Source of the DNA: Octopus vulgaris | Lineage: Eukaryota | Length of the DNA: 64,000 nucleotides | NCBI GenBank assembly: GCA_951406725.2 | Contig: OX597821.1 | Coordinates: forward strand, 43,834,001 to 43,898,000 | Direction of reading: 5' to 3' | Part shown: positions 47,599 to 61,139 of the stretch, one piece after another | Layout of the letters: every line of letters begins with the position of its first letter | How positions within the stretch are numbered: the stretch's first letter is position 1 | Program-made: the position numbers and the translations under genes | Notes under the pieces: generated by a model | Told to the model about the DNA's origin: nothing | The model's database searches: none | The model's input: the letters and a program-made list of their open reading frames with translations, nothing else

Positions 47599-48622
47599 CT
47601 CCACTTTCCTTCTCCTCTTTCTCCCTCTCCTCTCATGATATCTGTGACATCTTTGTCTGACTTATTTTCTTTTTGCACCATATTAATGATTCCAGTTCTC
47701 TCTGCTCCCTATACACTGACATACATTCACTTCCTTCTCCTCTGATGTCTCTATTTCCTACTGAGTTTTTATATGTTAATTTTTTTTCCATTCTCTCTCA
47801 AACAAGACAATGTTTCCCTATTCCCTTCTTATATTACTATGTCTAATACTTTCTTGTACATGTTATCAATGCAATGATAATCACATACGTATCATTTCAA
47901 TTTCCTCTCCTTTTTTTCTCCCCTTTTAATTTTTTTCCTCCTTTGCTCTTTACATTTCTTTGCTTTCTACTTTACCTTACAATTTCCTATATTTTACTTT
48001 TATTTAATTTTTATCTTGTTTATTTCTGTAATATTTATTTCTATTTTTATCTGTATAACTTTATGTCAAGTCAGCGATTTGAAATCTGAATATTAAATCA
48101 TTTATTAACCTCATTTTGACCAAATTTCTATGTTCCATCTAAGCTTGTATTAGTTGTGACGAATAGCAATAAGATAGTACTAGTGGGAAATACTTTATGA
48201 ACACACACATAAAAATATAGACATAGACACACATATATGCACACACCTGTATGTAAGGCTTGCCTTACATTTCAAATTATCAACAAATCCCCACTGTGCA
48301 GTGCATTATTGATTGATTTACCCACTGAGATCATAGATAAATATTCACAATAACATTATATAAAAAACATCACGATCACAGAAACATGATTCATGTTTTG
48401 TTAATATTTATATTTATTTGAATATATTTATACTTCAAACTGTATTTTGGCTACTCACAGACGTATACCCCCGCCCCACACCAAAAATATGAGTATGGTC
48501 AGGCACTCTTGTACCACTATATATATTTAATCATATCAAAGGGAAATGGAAATTAATAGAAATTTTCATTTCCAGTGGCCTAGCGTGTAAAAATTTAGTC
48601 TAAAGACTATGTATTAGTCATA

Positions 48623-48892
48623 AAATACAGTGTACATTTAAACACATAAGGAATCCACTCATGGGATTTCAACACGCTACAAAGAACAGCTAGGTTCTAT
48701 AACCACAAAATTAGGGATAAAATTGAACAGGAACGAAATGAAAACTAAAATTAGATGGTAAAATTTTTTTTTTTCATTTCGTTCCTGTCGAATTTTATCC
48801 CTAATTTTGTGGTTATAGAACCTAGCTGTTCTTTCTAGCATGTTGAAATCTCATGAATGGATTCCTTATGTGTTTAAATGTACACTGTATTT
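48623..48892. repeat. ~270-bp palindrome (arms ~120 bp)
   Basis: AAATACAGTGTACATTTAAACACATAAGGAATCC..GAACGAAATGAAAA / TTTTCATTTCGTTC..GGATTCCTTATGTGTTTAAATGTACACTGTATTT. Confidence 0.95.
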
Positions 48893-48906
48893 CATATATA
48901 TATATA

Positions 48907-49322
48907 GGCGCAGGAGTGGCTGTGTGGTAAGTAGCTTGCTTACCAGCCACATGGTTCCGGGTTCAGTCCTACTGCGTGGCATCTTGGGCAAGTGTCTTCT
49001 GCTATAGCCTCGGGCCGACCAATGCCTTGTGAGTGGATTTGGTAGACAGAAATTGAAAGAAGCCTGTCGTATATATGTATATATATGTACATATGTATGT
49101 GAGTATATATGTTTGTGTGTCTGTGTTTGTCCCCCTAGCATTGCTTGACAACCAATGCTGGTGTGTTTACGTCCCCGTCACTTAGCGGTTCGGCAAAAGA
49201 GACCGATAGAATAAGTACTGGGCTTACAAAGAATAAGTCCCGGGGTCGATTTGCTCGACTAAAGGCGGTGCTCCAGCATGGCCGCAGTCAAAGGACTGAA
49301 ACAAAGTAAAAGAGTAAAAGAG
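48907..49322 (+). mobile_element. SINE family A, full length, in (TA)n
   Basis: Complete head-to-tail copy with TATATA flanks. Confidence 0.95.
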
Positions 49323-49408
49323 TATATATATATTTCACTTAGGCATTGTGGGACTAATAATCTAGTGTCGAACTCAATATATGCATACTTCAAAACAAAG
49401 TATTAGTC

Positions 49409-49645
49409 TTGTATAGAGTGATGATAAGAAAATAAGATGACAAATGAATAAAAGATTATCTTACGAACTTCATTAGCTTACAACTGTTTCTGCTATAAGA
49501 TGCAGTGGATTCATAGTTGAGTGCTTGAGTGAAACCTTATAGTTTTCATTGGAGCCTCAAATATAAAGTACTGTAAGCCAATGAAGTTCATAAGATAATC
49601 ATTTATTCATTTGTCATCTTATTTTCTTATTACCACTCTATACAA
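49409..49645. repeat. Inverted repeat, arms ~74 bp around a ~90-bp spacer
   Basis: TTGTATAGAGTG..AGCTTACA / TGTAAGCC..CACTCTATACAA. Confidence 0.92.
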
Positions 49646-49699
49646 AAAAAAAAAAAAAAATTATATGCACTCTTGTTTCCATAATTTATCAAAACAAAA

Positions 49700-49870
49700 G
49701 CAGGAGTTGAGCAGTTGCATTATTTTTTGAAATAGTCTCCTTGCTTTTTGATACACTTCCAGTAGAACCACAAGCTTTCTTATTTCATTGGAGAAGAAGG
49801 TTTTTGATTAGTTGCACTGGCATTTATGCACTGCTTCCTGTACTTCTTTGTTGCAAATTGACTACTTCTT
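49700..49870 (-). mobile_element. mariner transposase C-terminal fragment
   Basis: EVQEAVHK..KTFFSNEIRKLV..WKCIKKQGDYF on the minus strand. Confidence 0.65.
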
Positions 49871-51058
49871 TCGTTTCTTAAAGAAATGGTAACCCTTACC
49901 AAGCTTAAACTCAATGTATCCAAACCCCTGATCTATAACTTCTAATTCACAAGTGGGTAATTTGTGGCCTTAAGATTGCACACGATCTTCTTTATCATTG
50001 ATGTCAACCTTCTGCTGTTTATTGAGATAATTCTCTATTTAAAACCCATAAATGTCAAACAACTGAGTAATACATAGCGGAATAAAACATTTTTACAAAA
50101 TGAATATAAACTAATCTAAATAACAGAGCTGAGTGTAAAATGAACAAAACATAACTAGCTTTATAAATCATTCACACTTGTAAGTACAAAACACATGTAA
50201 ATATGAAAATAAGGAAGAGGAAAATTAAAATGTTGCTCTGCAATGTTGATAAGCTTTGGCAAATACTTAACAGAAGTTTAACAAGGGGCCCAATATTGAA
50301 ATATAGTACAGGAAAAGAAAAGAACTGTAATCTGTATTTCTGTCATCTGTCACAATATAGACATTATGATTTGACAGATTTATCCACCCTGAGCTTACAA
50401 ATAAAATAACATGGGTCAACAACCTGTTGATAAACATCATATGTATGTGTGTGTGTGTGTGAGTGTGTGTGTAATTATGCATATAAGTATGAGTGTGTTT
50501 ATAGATTAATATCTGAAGAATGTTATATGTACATACTTATATATACTTTTATACACACACACACACACACATATATATACATACAAACACAAACACATAT
50601 GATGATGATAGAAAAATAAGTCAGCAGATGGAAGTAGATTTTCTTCCTTTCTTTCTTTCTCTCCTGCTTTCTTCCCTTCTTTCCTTCCTTCTTTCTATCT
50701 TTGGATTTTCTTAAGGAAATGACAAAATACTGCCTAAATCCTTTTATCTTATTCCTCTTTTTCAATTTTATGATGTCTAGTGCTGGAGAGTCATTCTTTG
50801 TCTTTGTAACTCTCTAGTCACACACACACTAGTCAACTACACACACATAAATTCACACAAAATAGCTAAGCTGTATTATATCTTTTTCTTAGGAAAATCC
50901 AAACTTTTGATATCTGTGTATAAATATATTAGGGGACAGGTACCCCCCTCTCCTGCTGATGGATTTATATATATATATATATGTATTGATAGAAATGACA
51001 AGAAAACAAAAGAATGAAAGAGACCTCGATATTATGTAAATAGAGGAATTTATCTGTG

Positions 51059-51249
51059 AATATAATATGTGACAATTATTCAGTAGCCATGATAAAACTC
51101 CGAGTTTTGGATGTCGGGGCGGAAATCCACACCGGCATCTCTTCAGTTTTCGATGGCCCGATAACTGAAGAGATGCCGGTGCGGGTTTCCACCACGACAT
51201 CCAAAACTCGGAGTTTTATCATGGCTACTGAATAATTGTCACATATTAT

Positions 51250-51252
<3 letters not shown>
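51059..51252. repeat. ~195-bp near-perfect palindrome with a hammerhead-like core in each arm
   Basis: Arms of ~93 bp, loop at ~51152-51159. Confidence 0.95.
51160..51220 (+). ncRNA. Type I hammerhead-like motif, G12 variant (mirror copy at 51091-51151, minus)
   Basis: GATAA-CTGAAGA-GATG...CATC-C-AAA-ACTC(G)GAGT-T-TTATC; all three stems are present, but AAAA replaces GAAA. Confidence 0.6.
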
Positions 51253-51332
<80 letters not shown>

Positions 51333-51465
51333 AATATATACAAATATATACATATACATATATATGCACATGTATATACATACACACACACACACACATA
51401 TATATACATACACACACATGCATATATATATTATATATATATATAATATAGTATGATATAATATG

Positions 51466-52707
51466 TTGGATCATCCCATAAATAATGCGTTTTTTTTTTC
51501 AATTGCATGAACTAGAAGTCAAAGTGGGATGGGATAAACTACCTGCTTCAACCTGCTATAAAAGCAGTTCGCTTTTAACTGTTACTTTTTCAAAGTTATA
51601 ATGAAAGTGATAAAGGAGCATATTTGGCATATTTTGGTTTAAGAGTTCAATAAAGGCAAGAACGCAACAGAAAGAGTGAGGAATACTAATGCAGTATATG
51701 GGGACTGGGCAATAAATGTAACCCAGTGTCAATAATAGTTTCAGAAATCCCGAGCCAGAAACCACAGCCTAGAAGATCTGCCTCACCCTGGAAGATCTGT
51801 GGAGCTCGATGAGGACATCTTGCAAACCCTGGTGGAACAAAATTCCATCATAACTGTTGAGGAACTAGCAGAGGAACTTGGATTTGGTCATACAACCACT
51901 CATCAATACCTGTGTGCCATCAGAAAAGTCAGCAAACTGGGTCAGTGGGTTCCTCACAAACTTTACAAGTTTAATTGCATGCAGAGAGTGAATGTGTGCT
52001 CTTCTTTGCTGTCACATTTCACAAATGAACCTTTTTTGGACCAAATAGTAACTCGTGATGAAAAATGGGTTCTCTATAAAAATGAAGACAGTGGGTAGGG
52101 AAAGGAGAAACATCAGCACCCCAGGCTAAAGGAAGTCTTCACCCATATAAGGTGTTGTTATCTGTTTGGTGGGATATGAAAGGTTGAGTTCACTTTGAAC
52201 TTTTAAACCCAAACCAAATGATAAACAAGAACAAAGGAGATCTACTGCGAGCAGCTTGAGTGGCTTAAGTCAGCATCAGAAGGAAAATGGCCACTTTTGG
52301 TTTCAAGATGAAAGGTGTTCTACCATCAGGATAATGCTCAGTCACATACCATACAGTGAGGCTGACATTCCAAAGGTTGGAGCAGTTTGAATGGGAAACG
52401 ATGCCTCGTCTACCATATTCACTGGACATTGCCCCATTTGATTATCATATATTCTGCAGTCTTCAAAATCATTTGAACGGAAAAGATATGAATTCTGTAG
52501 ACGAGGTTAGAACAGTACTGCAGGAGTATTTTTCATTACAGACAATTGAATTTTGGAAGAGTGGCCTTGCACGTCTACCAGATAGATGGAAGAGTGTTGT
52601 AGAAAATGAAAGAGAGTATATTTTAAATTAAAAAAGCACTTTGTTTATCTTAATTTTGAAAAATAAAAGAAATATAAAAAAAGCACATTATTTATGCGAT
52701 GACCCAA
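51466..52707 (+). mobile_element. mariner transposon (cecropia/Hsmar1-like), full length, pseudogenised
   Basis: TIRs TTGGATCATCCCATAAATAATG / CATTATTTATGCGATGACCCAA; WVPHKL, IVTRDEKWVLY, YHQDNAQSH, YSLDIAPFDYH. Confidence 0.95.
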
Positions 52708-52715
52708 TATATATA

Positions 52716-52754
<39 letters not shown>

Positions 52755-52783
52755 GTATATATATATATGTATATATGTATATA

Positions 52784-52834
<51 letters not shown>

Positions 52835-53678
52835 ATATATACCTATGAGGAGAGTGTGTAGTATGTTTATAAGCACATATAGGAATAAAAATGGTTAACA
52901 TGTAGGTGACATTGATGTGTATGTGGCTGTAGTCATGTATCTATAATTCTAATCATTGTGTTAGCTTGAATCTTTCTCAGTTTCCATGACAGTTAGTTGA
53001 TCATGATGTCTAATTGACCATTACTCTCCCCTAAATGGGACAGTTGTCCATCATAGTTATAACTCTATCAACGCTATCACTGCTACTTATTTTGACTTAA
53101 TTGGACTGAAACTCCATGAAATAAAGTGTCTTACTCAAGAATACAACACCACCTGAACCAGAAATTGAATCTGTGACTAGACAATCCTAAGTTCAACACC
53201 CAAACTACTACTCAACACATCTTCACAGTAGGTAGTGTTAACCCAATAAATTTCACTCCTTCAAAATCTTGCCTCCACTCTTCACACTTTTTCTATTTTC
53301 ATTTTTCTAATTCTGCTTTATTTGATGTGCCAAGATTTCAACATTTCACCTGGTTCAATTCACATTTAATTGCATTCATACTCATTTAATGATGATATTA
53401 TTATAAAAATTAATAATTAATTAATAACAATATATCTCAATATCATCTTCAGTTTTAATGTCCATTTATTTGTATATGTGGGATAGAATATGTTGAAGCA
53501 GAATTTGTATGGCCAGGTGCCTACCTGTCACCAACCCGTGCCTGCTTCTAAGTAAGGTAGTATTTCCCCATGACCAAGCATGTGTTTACAGAAGATTGGA
53601 AACAAAGGACATTGCTTACATGATGTTTACAACTAACATGCAGAGTGAAAGCAAGGAGACATTAACACACACATGCAC

Positions 53679-53770
<92 letters not shown>

Positions 53771-53771
53771 G

Positions 53772-53931
53772 CATATATGATAGGCTTCTTTTAGTTCCTG
53801 TCTACCAAATCCACTGACAAGGCTTTGATCAGCCCAAGGCTATAGTAGAAGACATTGTCTAAGGTGCTATGCAAGGGGACTGAACCCAAACCCATGTGGT
53901 TGGAAAGCAAGCTTCCTGCCACACAGCCTCA

Positions 53932-53981
<50 letters not shown>

Positions 53982-54137
53982 CAGGTTTCTTCAGCTTTCA
54001 TCTACCAAATCCACTCATGAGGTTTTGGTTAAACTGAAGCTATAGTAGAAGACACTTATCCAAGGTACCATGCAACAGGATTGAACCCAGAGCTTTGTGA
54101 CTGAGAAGGAAATTTCTTACTACCCAGCCACACCTGC
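53772..54137 (-). mobile_element. Two tandem SINE A 5' halves separated by (CA)n
   Basis: TCTACCAAATCCACT..GCTATAGTAGAAGACA occurs twice. Confidence 0.87.
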
Positions 54138-54452
54138 ATTCTGTTTTCTTTAAATCATTAATTTCACAAAATCACTACAATTCATTATTTCCATCGATAT
54201 ACTCTATTAATTTCTTGATTAATATGCTAATGCCTTGTTTAATTCAATACATTCCAATTGTTCATTTCCTAATTTGAGAAGACCATGTTTCAACCAAGAA
54301 CTCATCACCAAAAAGTCTCATCACATCACCAAATCCATCAGTGTTGGTGTCAATTTTGTAAGCACAATTTTGCTAGTATTTGCTTCCTCCTCCTTCTTTC
54401 ATAATTACACACATACATACATGTATAAGTGAATCCGCTACTGATGATATAC

Positions 54453-54523
<71 letters not shown>

Positions 54524-54700
54524 GCATCCGTTGGCTTTGAGAGGCCACGGATCGTGTCAACAGCTTTTGGTGGTGCAGTACCTACTGTGGCTGTAGAGGC
54601 CACACAAGAGTGGCGGTTACACATACAGCAACTGCATTTGAAGGAGCTCTCTGCTGGTGCTACTGCTTTTTCCTTCCATTGTGTGCACTTTTCTTTGGTG
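54453..54700 (-). mobile_element. RTE/BovB-like 3' end with (TAC)n tail
   Basis: Minus: KEKCTQWKEK..SSFKCSCCMCNRHS zinc-finger-like C-terminus, short UTR, then ~22 TAC repeats. Confidence 0.65.
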
Positions 54701-55404
54701 GTGATATATATGAACATCAAATACCAATATCCCTTTGTATTCACAAAGCTAGTACTTAAAAATATGTTTGGACACAATCTTTCATACTAAGCACAGATTT
54801 TTATCCCATATTAATCTCACCTTTTGTACCTGTGTTACATGCTTGAATAAACTCAAATAACAACATAAACCCAACCATTAATTTCCTACACAACATCTAA
54901 CCGATATAAACAGATGCTACCAACTAAACTTCAACAAAGCTAATGATACCAACACAACTGGAACAGTATATTCGTTTGTTCTTTTTTTCATTTTCTTCTT
55001 ATCATCTGCTTTTATACCTTATTCTGGTATTCCGTAATATTACCTGCAACTTTTTAAATTTTGCTTACCAAATTATGCTTTTCATAAAGAAGTTATTTTA
55101 TGTGCTATAGACACACTATCAAAACATACCTACTTTGAAACCACTATGAACCACCCTCAGGAAGAACTAAACTATATAGAAAAACCTTGCTAAACCAAAC
55201 ACCTACTACAAAACAAAATAAATAATTAAGCTGCTTGCAGAGACCAAATTGGTCTCTACTAGCTTGATGAGACCGGTTCGCTTGATGACCCTAGAAAACT
55301 TTAAGTTGTATGATGTGGAGTTAAACTGTTATTAAATAAATAATATATGCAACGCCAACAAAATGTGTAGAGCGACACTTTCTTTCATTTGTCCATACAC
55401 TTGT

Positions 55405-55511
55405 GCATGTGTGTGTGTGTATATGTGTATACATACATATATATACACACACATATATATATATATGTAAATATATATGGATATATATATATGTATATAT
55501 ATATATGTATA

Positions 55512-55563
<52 letters not shown>

Positions 55564-56457
55564 TATATATATATACATACATGCATACTTATATATATAT
55601 GTGCATATGTATGTATATATTTATGCATCTATGTATACATGTTTTATTATGTATCTTTTTCACTCTTTCTTTCTGTTTGTCCCTCTTTTACTCTATATCT
55701 ACATACACACAGACACACACACATATATAATTTCAACAATCAATATTATCTATGGCTGTCCAAAACCTTATTCATCACAATATCTATCGACAACTTTGTT
55801 CAGACAATGAAATCGGTATGAAAGGAGAATTTTTTGAGGGGTATGAAGGGGGTGGGGGTGAATGGAGGTGGAGCAGGAGCAGACAGGAAAGTGATGAATA
55901 AATGAATGAATAAATAAATAGATAAATAAATAAATAAATAAATAAATAAAAAAATAAATGAATAAATAAATAAATAAATAAATAAATAATAATTAACATT
56001 TATTCCATTACCCTAATTTGATTTGGTTGAGAGATGAAGATAAAATGGTTTTTATTTTCTCATGTTTTTTTGTTATCTTTGCTTTCTGTTCTGGGTGGGT
56101 TGGACGCGAAGTATTATGTTTGTTTTTAATAAAGACATTATTGAACAATAAAGTAGAGAGAATTTTCTGCTGTTTAACTTTGTAAATCTACTTCACAATA
56201 ATATCCGTAGCACTTCTAGCTAATTCTTCTATGGTGTGGGAGCTGGGGGATGGTGGTGGGGGGGATGTGGGTGAGGAAGCTGTTTTAGTTCTGTTCTACT
56301 TAGAATTAGTGTATTACTCGGAGTTAAAAACTATAATAATGTACTTCCTTATTGTTATTGATTGGCCATTTTTAGCGGGAACATTTCAATCTTCGTATTG
56401 TATATTGGTGTGTGTTTGTGTGTGCATCTACATGTTTCTTTCTGCTTCTTTCTCTCT

Positions 56458-56537
<80 letters not shown>

Positions 56538-56740
56538 ATACATATACATATATATATATACATACATATATATACACACACACATACACACACACACATA
56601 TATACATACATACATACACACACACACACATATATAAACATACACACACATGTATATATACATACATACATACATACATATATACATACATACATATATA
56701 TGTAATCAATAGAGAAACATATATACACATGTACATGGTT
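55405..56740. repeat. (TA)/(CA)/(TG) tracts and (AAAT)n at 55895-55990
   Basis: Directly visible. Confidence 0.9.
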
Positions 56741-57219
56741 ATATACAGTTTTTTAAAAGATAGAGTGGTTCTGTAAGTCAGTGTGCAAATCAAAATTGTA
56801 TAAAAAGTGGGTGATATGTTTTTTATGTAACACAAAATTTAACAAATATTTATTGAAACTGTCAATAAATAGAATTTTGTGTTTGTGAGTGTTCGCGAAT
56901 GTGTATGTAAATTTGTACCACAAAAAGATTGGGATAAACAGGCTTTAATTGCAAATTACAACACTTGTTTCTCCGCAGTGACAACAGTTGCAAGTTGCTG
57001 TCTCATACCAGTTTGTAAATTATTTTATAAATAACTACATAAATATGATCTGGCAGCAACTCTGTGCCAGCACTTCTTCATGTAGGTTTTATACACTAAT
57101 AGAGTTCCACATGTTTATCTGGCTCAAAGAATAACCCTGCTTAATGATGCCATATGGTAGCCAATAACAATATAGAAGCTTTTAAATGCATGTTATGAGG
57201 TTATTACGCAGATAATGTT

Positions 57220-57415
57220 GGTCTCAAAATTTGGCAGAGGGTTACCAATTTTGGGAAAGTATGTAAGTTAGTTACATTGACCTCCAGTACTCAGCAGGTA
57301 ATTATTTTATCAACCTCGAAAGGAGGACAGGCAAAAAGTCCAAAAAGTCAACCTCAGCCATATTTGAACTCAATGTAAAGACAGATTAAAGCATTTTGCC
57401 CAGTATGCTACTACC
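57220..57415 (-). mobile_element. Old SINE family B copy
   Basis: CCAGTACTCAGCAGGTAATTATTTTATCAACCTCGAAAGG..AAAGTCAACCTCAGC..TTTGAACTC. Confidence 0.75.
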
Positions 57416-57430
57416 CAGATAATATTGAAC

Positions 57431-57665
57431 ATATATATGTATATATATATGTATGTGTGTCTGTGTTTGTCCCCCTAGCATTGCATGACAACCGATGCTG
57501 GTGTGTTTATGTCCCTGTTACTTAGCCGTTCGTCAAAAGAGACCGATAGAATAAGTACTGGGCTTACAGAGAATAAGTCCCTGGGTCGATTTGTTCGACT
57601 AAAGGCGGTGCTCCAGCATGGCCGCAGTCAAATGACTGAAACAAGTAAAAGAGTAAAAGAGTAAA
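57431..57665 (+). mobile_element. SINE family A, 3' half
   Basis: Starts at the internal (TA)n and ends (AAAAGAGT)n. Confidence 0.92.
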
Positions 57666-57667
57666 TA

Positions 57668-57707
<40 letters not shown>

Positions 57708-59023
57708 GATCTTGCATGCATAAAGTTGATTCAATTCACCATAGCCAAATTTAAATTAACACTGCAACAGAACTTTTCCCACGGTGGAACAATGGTTTTT
57801 CTCTGATAGCAGTTTTATATTTTCCAGATGCCTTTAGCTTGACTGAAATAATGTCTTCACCACTTGACCCTTTCTAACCTCTTCTTCTTCACCAAAAGCT
57901 AGAATAGAGATAGCAAGACCACTAACTAAATCTATTGTTCTCAATGATATGTCTGTCCTTCTGGATAGTTATAAAAACAAGAATACCCCAAGCAAAAATC
58001 AGTCGGTGATGACTAAAACATGTAGTCACTTGGTGACAACTGAGCGAGGCAGCTCGTGACAACTCAGTTAGGGAATGGATTGCTAGAATCATGATCACAA
58101 GGAATGCAGTTACTAAAGACAATAGTCAGTGAGAGAAATGAAATTTACTGTCAGTAACTGTGAGACAACGTTCCACAACCCTATAACTTTCACTAGTTCT
58201 AATTCTGTTCTCTTACAACATCATTCTATCTCTCTCTGTAATTACTACTAAACAATGGAGAGGACACAAACACAAACTTTAGTTCGCATGCTTTTGGATT
58301 TATCATAACCTTCCTGTTGAGGCAAGGTATTGTAACGTAATGGTAAATAAATACTTTCTTAAAACTTCATGCATTGTTCATCCTTCGCATCTTACAACTT
58401 GCCGTTACAACAACAAATTTTTATTGTAACATATATATATATATATTCAATGTTATCTGGGTAATAGTATATGTATTATATATATATATATATAAATATA
58501 TGCACACACACACACTCATGCACACACATATACACACATATACATCTCATCATCATCATCATCCTCATCATTTTAACATCCAGTTTTCCATGGCTCAGAT
58601 GGAAATTGTTGAGGCAGATTTTCTACCCCCAGATGATGTTCCTGTCATAAATCCTTACCAGATTCCAATTGAGATAGTGAAGTATTTATTTCCTTAGGTC
58701 AGACATGTTTTCACAGATTTGAAATGAACCACACTTTTTTTTTTCACAGCTATCATGATATGTCAAGACAAGGAGACACAAACACACCCATTGATACACA
58801 TACAAATATGTACTTACACACACATACACATATATGTGCACATGCACACACACACATACACACGCACATGAAGATAAGAGATCTGCTTCAAATTGTTTTC
58901 AGTTTAATCAATCTGCATTGTTTTATATTAATTAATATATTAATCTGAGCTTTTTAACTTATTGAATTTTTTGCTTAATACCATCTTTACAATGCATTCA
59001 TATTGTATTTCTGAGTGATATTT

Positions 59024-59440
59024 GCCACCACCACCACCACCACCACCACCGTGGTCATTATCAATATCACTCTCATCATTTGCATTATCATCATCATCAT
59101 CATTATTATCAATTCATAATCATCATCTGCATCACCACAACCACGATGACGACCACCACCACTGCTGCCATTACCACCACCACCACCACAGCTGCCATTA
59201 CCACCACCACCACCACCACCACCACAGCTGCCACCGCCACCACCACCGCCACCATCACTGCCACCACTGCTACTGCTGCCGCTGCTGCTGCTGCCTCCAC
59301 AACCACCATCATCACTACTACCACTACTGCTGCTTTCTCTGTCATCATTATCATCATTATCTTCACCCTCATCATCCTCATCACATCATGATCATCATGA
59401 TCATGATCATGAAGATCATTACCATCATCACCATCAACAG
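59024..59440. repeat. Degenerate (CAC/CAT/CTG)n array
   Basis: Directly visible. Confidence 0.95.
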
Positions 59441-59990
59441 CATGCCAGCATTGACTTGACAAATCATCATGATTGATGAAGATCTTATTCAGATTTACTG
59501 TCATCTCATTTAAGTTAGGAAGACATGTTTCATTCATACATTCATTTTTTATGCATGATTTTTAATGCCAGTTTGCTCTTTTTGTGGTGTAACATAGTTT
59601 TTGACCACCCTGTGTGGTAACCAAATTGGTCACCCATACCATCAAATGCAACATAAATTCAGCAATAGTAAAACCCAAGTATATGAAGTGATCACCTTCT
59701 ACAGTCCACACACTTGGACATCCCCTGTTATGCTATTGTACGTTTTCTGTTGCCAACCACTTTACAGAAAGTACTGGCACCAACACTAGAGGGGTTTCCT
59801 AGTCTTCAGCAGTATGAAAGAGACTACAAGTCTTCTTAATCTTGTATCAACTCTAGTTGTTCCCCAAATCATTTTACAGAGTGTGCTAGTCACATTAATA
59901 TATGTGCGTGAGTGTGTGTTTGCATGTCTTTATGAATATTATATATATATATACTATGTCTATATGTATATATATATGAATATATACATA

Positions 59991-60061
<71 letters not shown>

Positions 60062-60089
60062 GTATATACAATATAAGATAAGAAAATCA

Positions 60090-60610
60090 CATTACCAACA
60101 ATGAGGTTCTTTGCCACGCCTCACTACCAAGCATCGAAGCTGCCATTCTTCCCCATCATCTCTGCTAGGCAGGTCATGTCCAGTGTATGGAGCCTTCTCG
60201 TCTGCTGAGGATCATACTCTGTGGAGAACTTGTAATTGGAACAAGATCCAGAGGAGGTCCAAAATTCTGTTTTAAAGACCAGCTCAAATGTACTCTGGCT
60301 CAAACTAACATCCAGCCATCTTCATGGGAACAGATTCCCATGGATAGGACAGCCAGGAGGACTACTATCTGCAATAGATCCAGTTCCTTCAAGCAAAACA
60401 GACAACAGAATGAGGAGGTAAAATGCAGGAGAAGAATGGAGCATCTTCAATATCCTTGACCCGCACTGACCATCCTGTACAAAATCTCCCCATGACTCTT
60501 TCACCACCGACTTGGACTCCAAAGTCACATTCAGCAGAATCATTCAGCCGAGGAGACTGGATAGAAACTGACAAACCCAATGCTCGGATACGAACTGGAG
60601 CCGGCAATTA
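60090..60610 (+). mobile_element. RTE/BovB-like LINE 3' fragment
   Basis: LPSIEAAIL..AGHV..MEPSRLLRIILCGEL..GTRSRGGPKFCFKDQLK. Confidence 0.85.
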
Positions 60611-60959
60611 TATACATACATATATGACATATATTCATGTACATATATGTATGTATATATGTGTATATCTACATACATATATGTATGTATATATATATGT
60701 ATATATATATATATATGTATGTATGTATATGTTCAATGATTTAATGTTGATTTTATTTTTTCCTCGCTTATAATCAATATAGATAGATTCTGTAATATCT
60801 TAAGAGCTGATTCAATCGATAGCACATGACTCCACCCAGCCCTCACCCCATATCTGTTTAGGCCTCACTCTATCATTTTTGTTTCTATAATGTAATATTA
60901 GTTGGAATCTCATTGATCTGTCTCCCATGCCTATCAGGGCCAATAAAATATATACATAC

Positions 60960-60990
<31 letters not shown>

Positions 60991-61139
60991 TGTATGTATG
61001 TATGTATGTATGTATGTATGTGTGTGTATGCATGTGTGTGTGTGTGTTATGATCATTGTCATTAAACTCCCTCTGAAATTCTCTGTAGAGGGTTGTTCTA
61101 ACTTAAAGGACCATCAGGTGTTGTTTTTGTTGTTATTTG

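Noticed and set aside
47418-47700. Poly-Glu ORF (minus) with non-repetitive flanks
   Set aside because: Dominated by a (GAA)n tract, with no recognisable domain or convincing splice sites.
55230-55340. TTGATGA motifs and GAGACC/GGTCTC hairpin as a hammerhead
   Set aside because: No GAAA with closing stems could be assembled.
57922-58122. 66-aa ORF with a signal-peptide-like start and small hairpins near 58010-58070
   Set aside because: Non-ATG start, short, and no recognisable homology.
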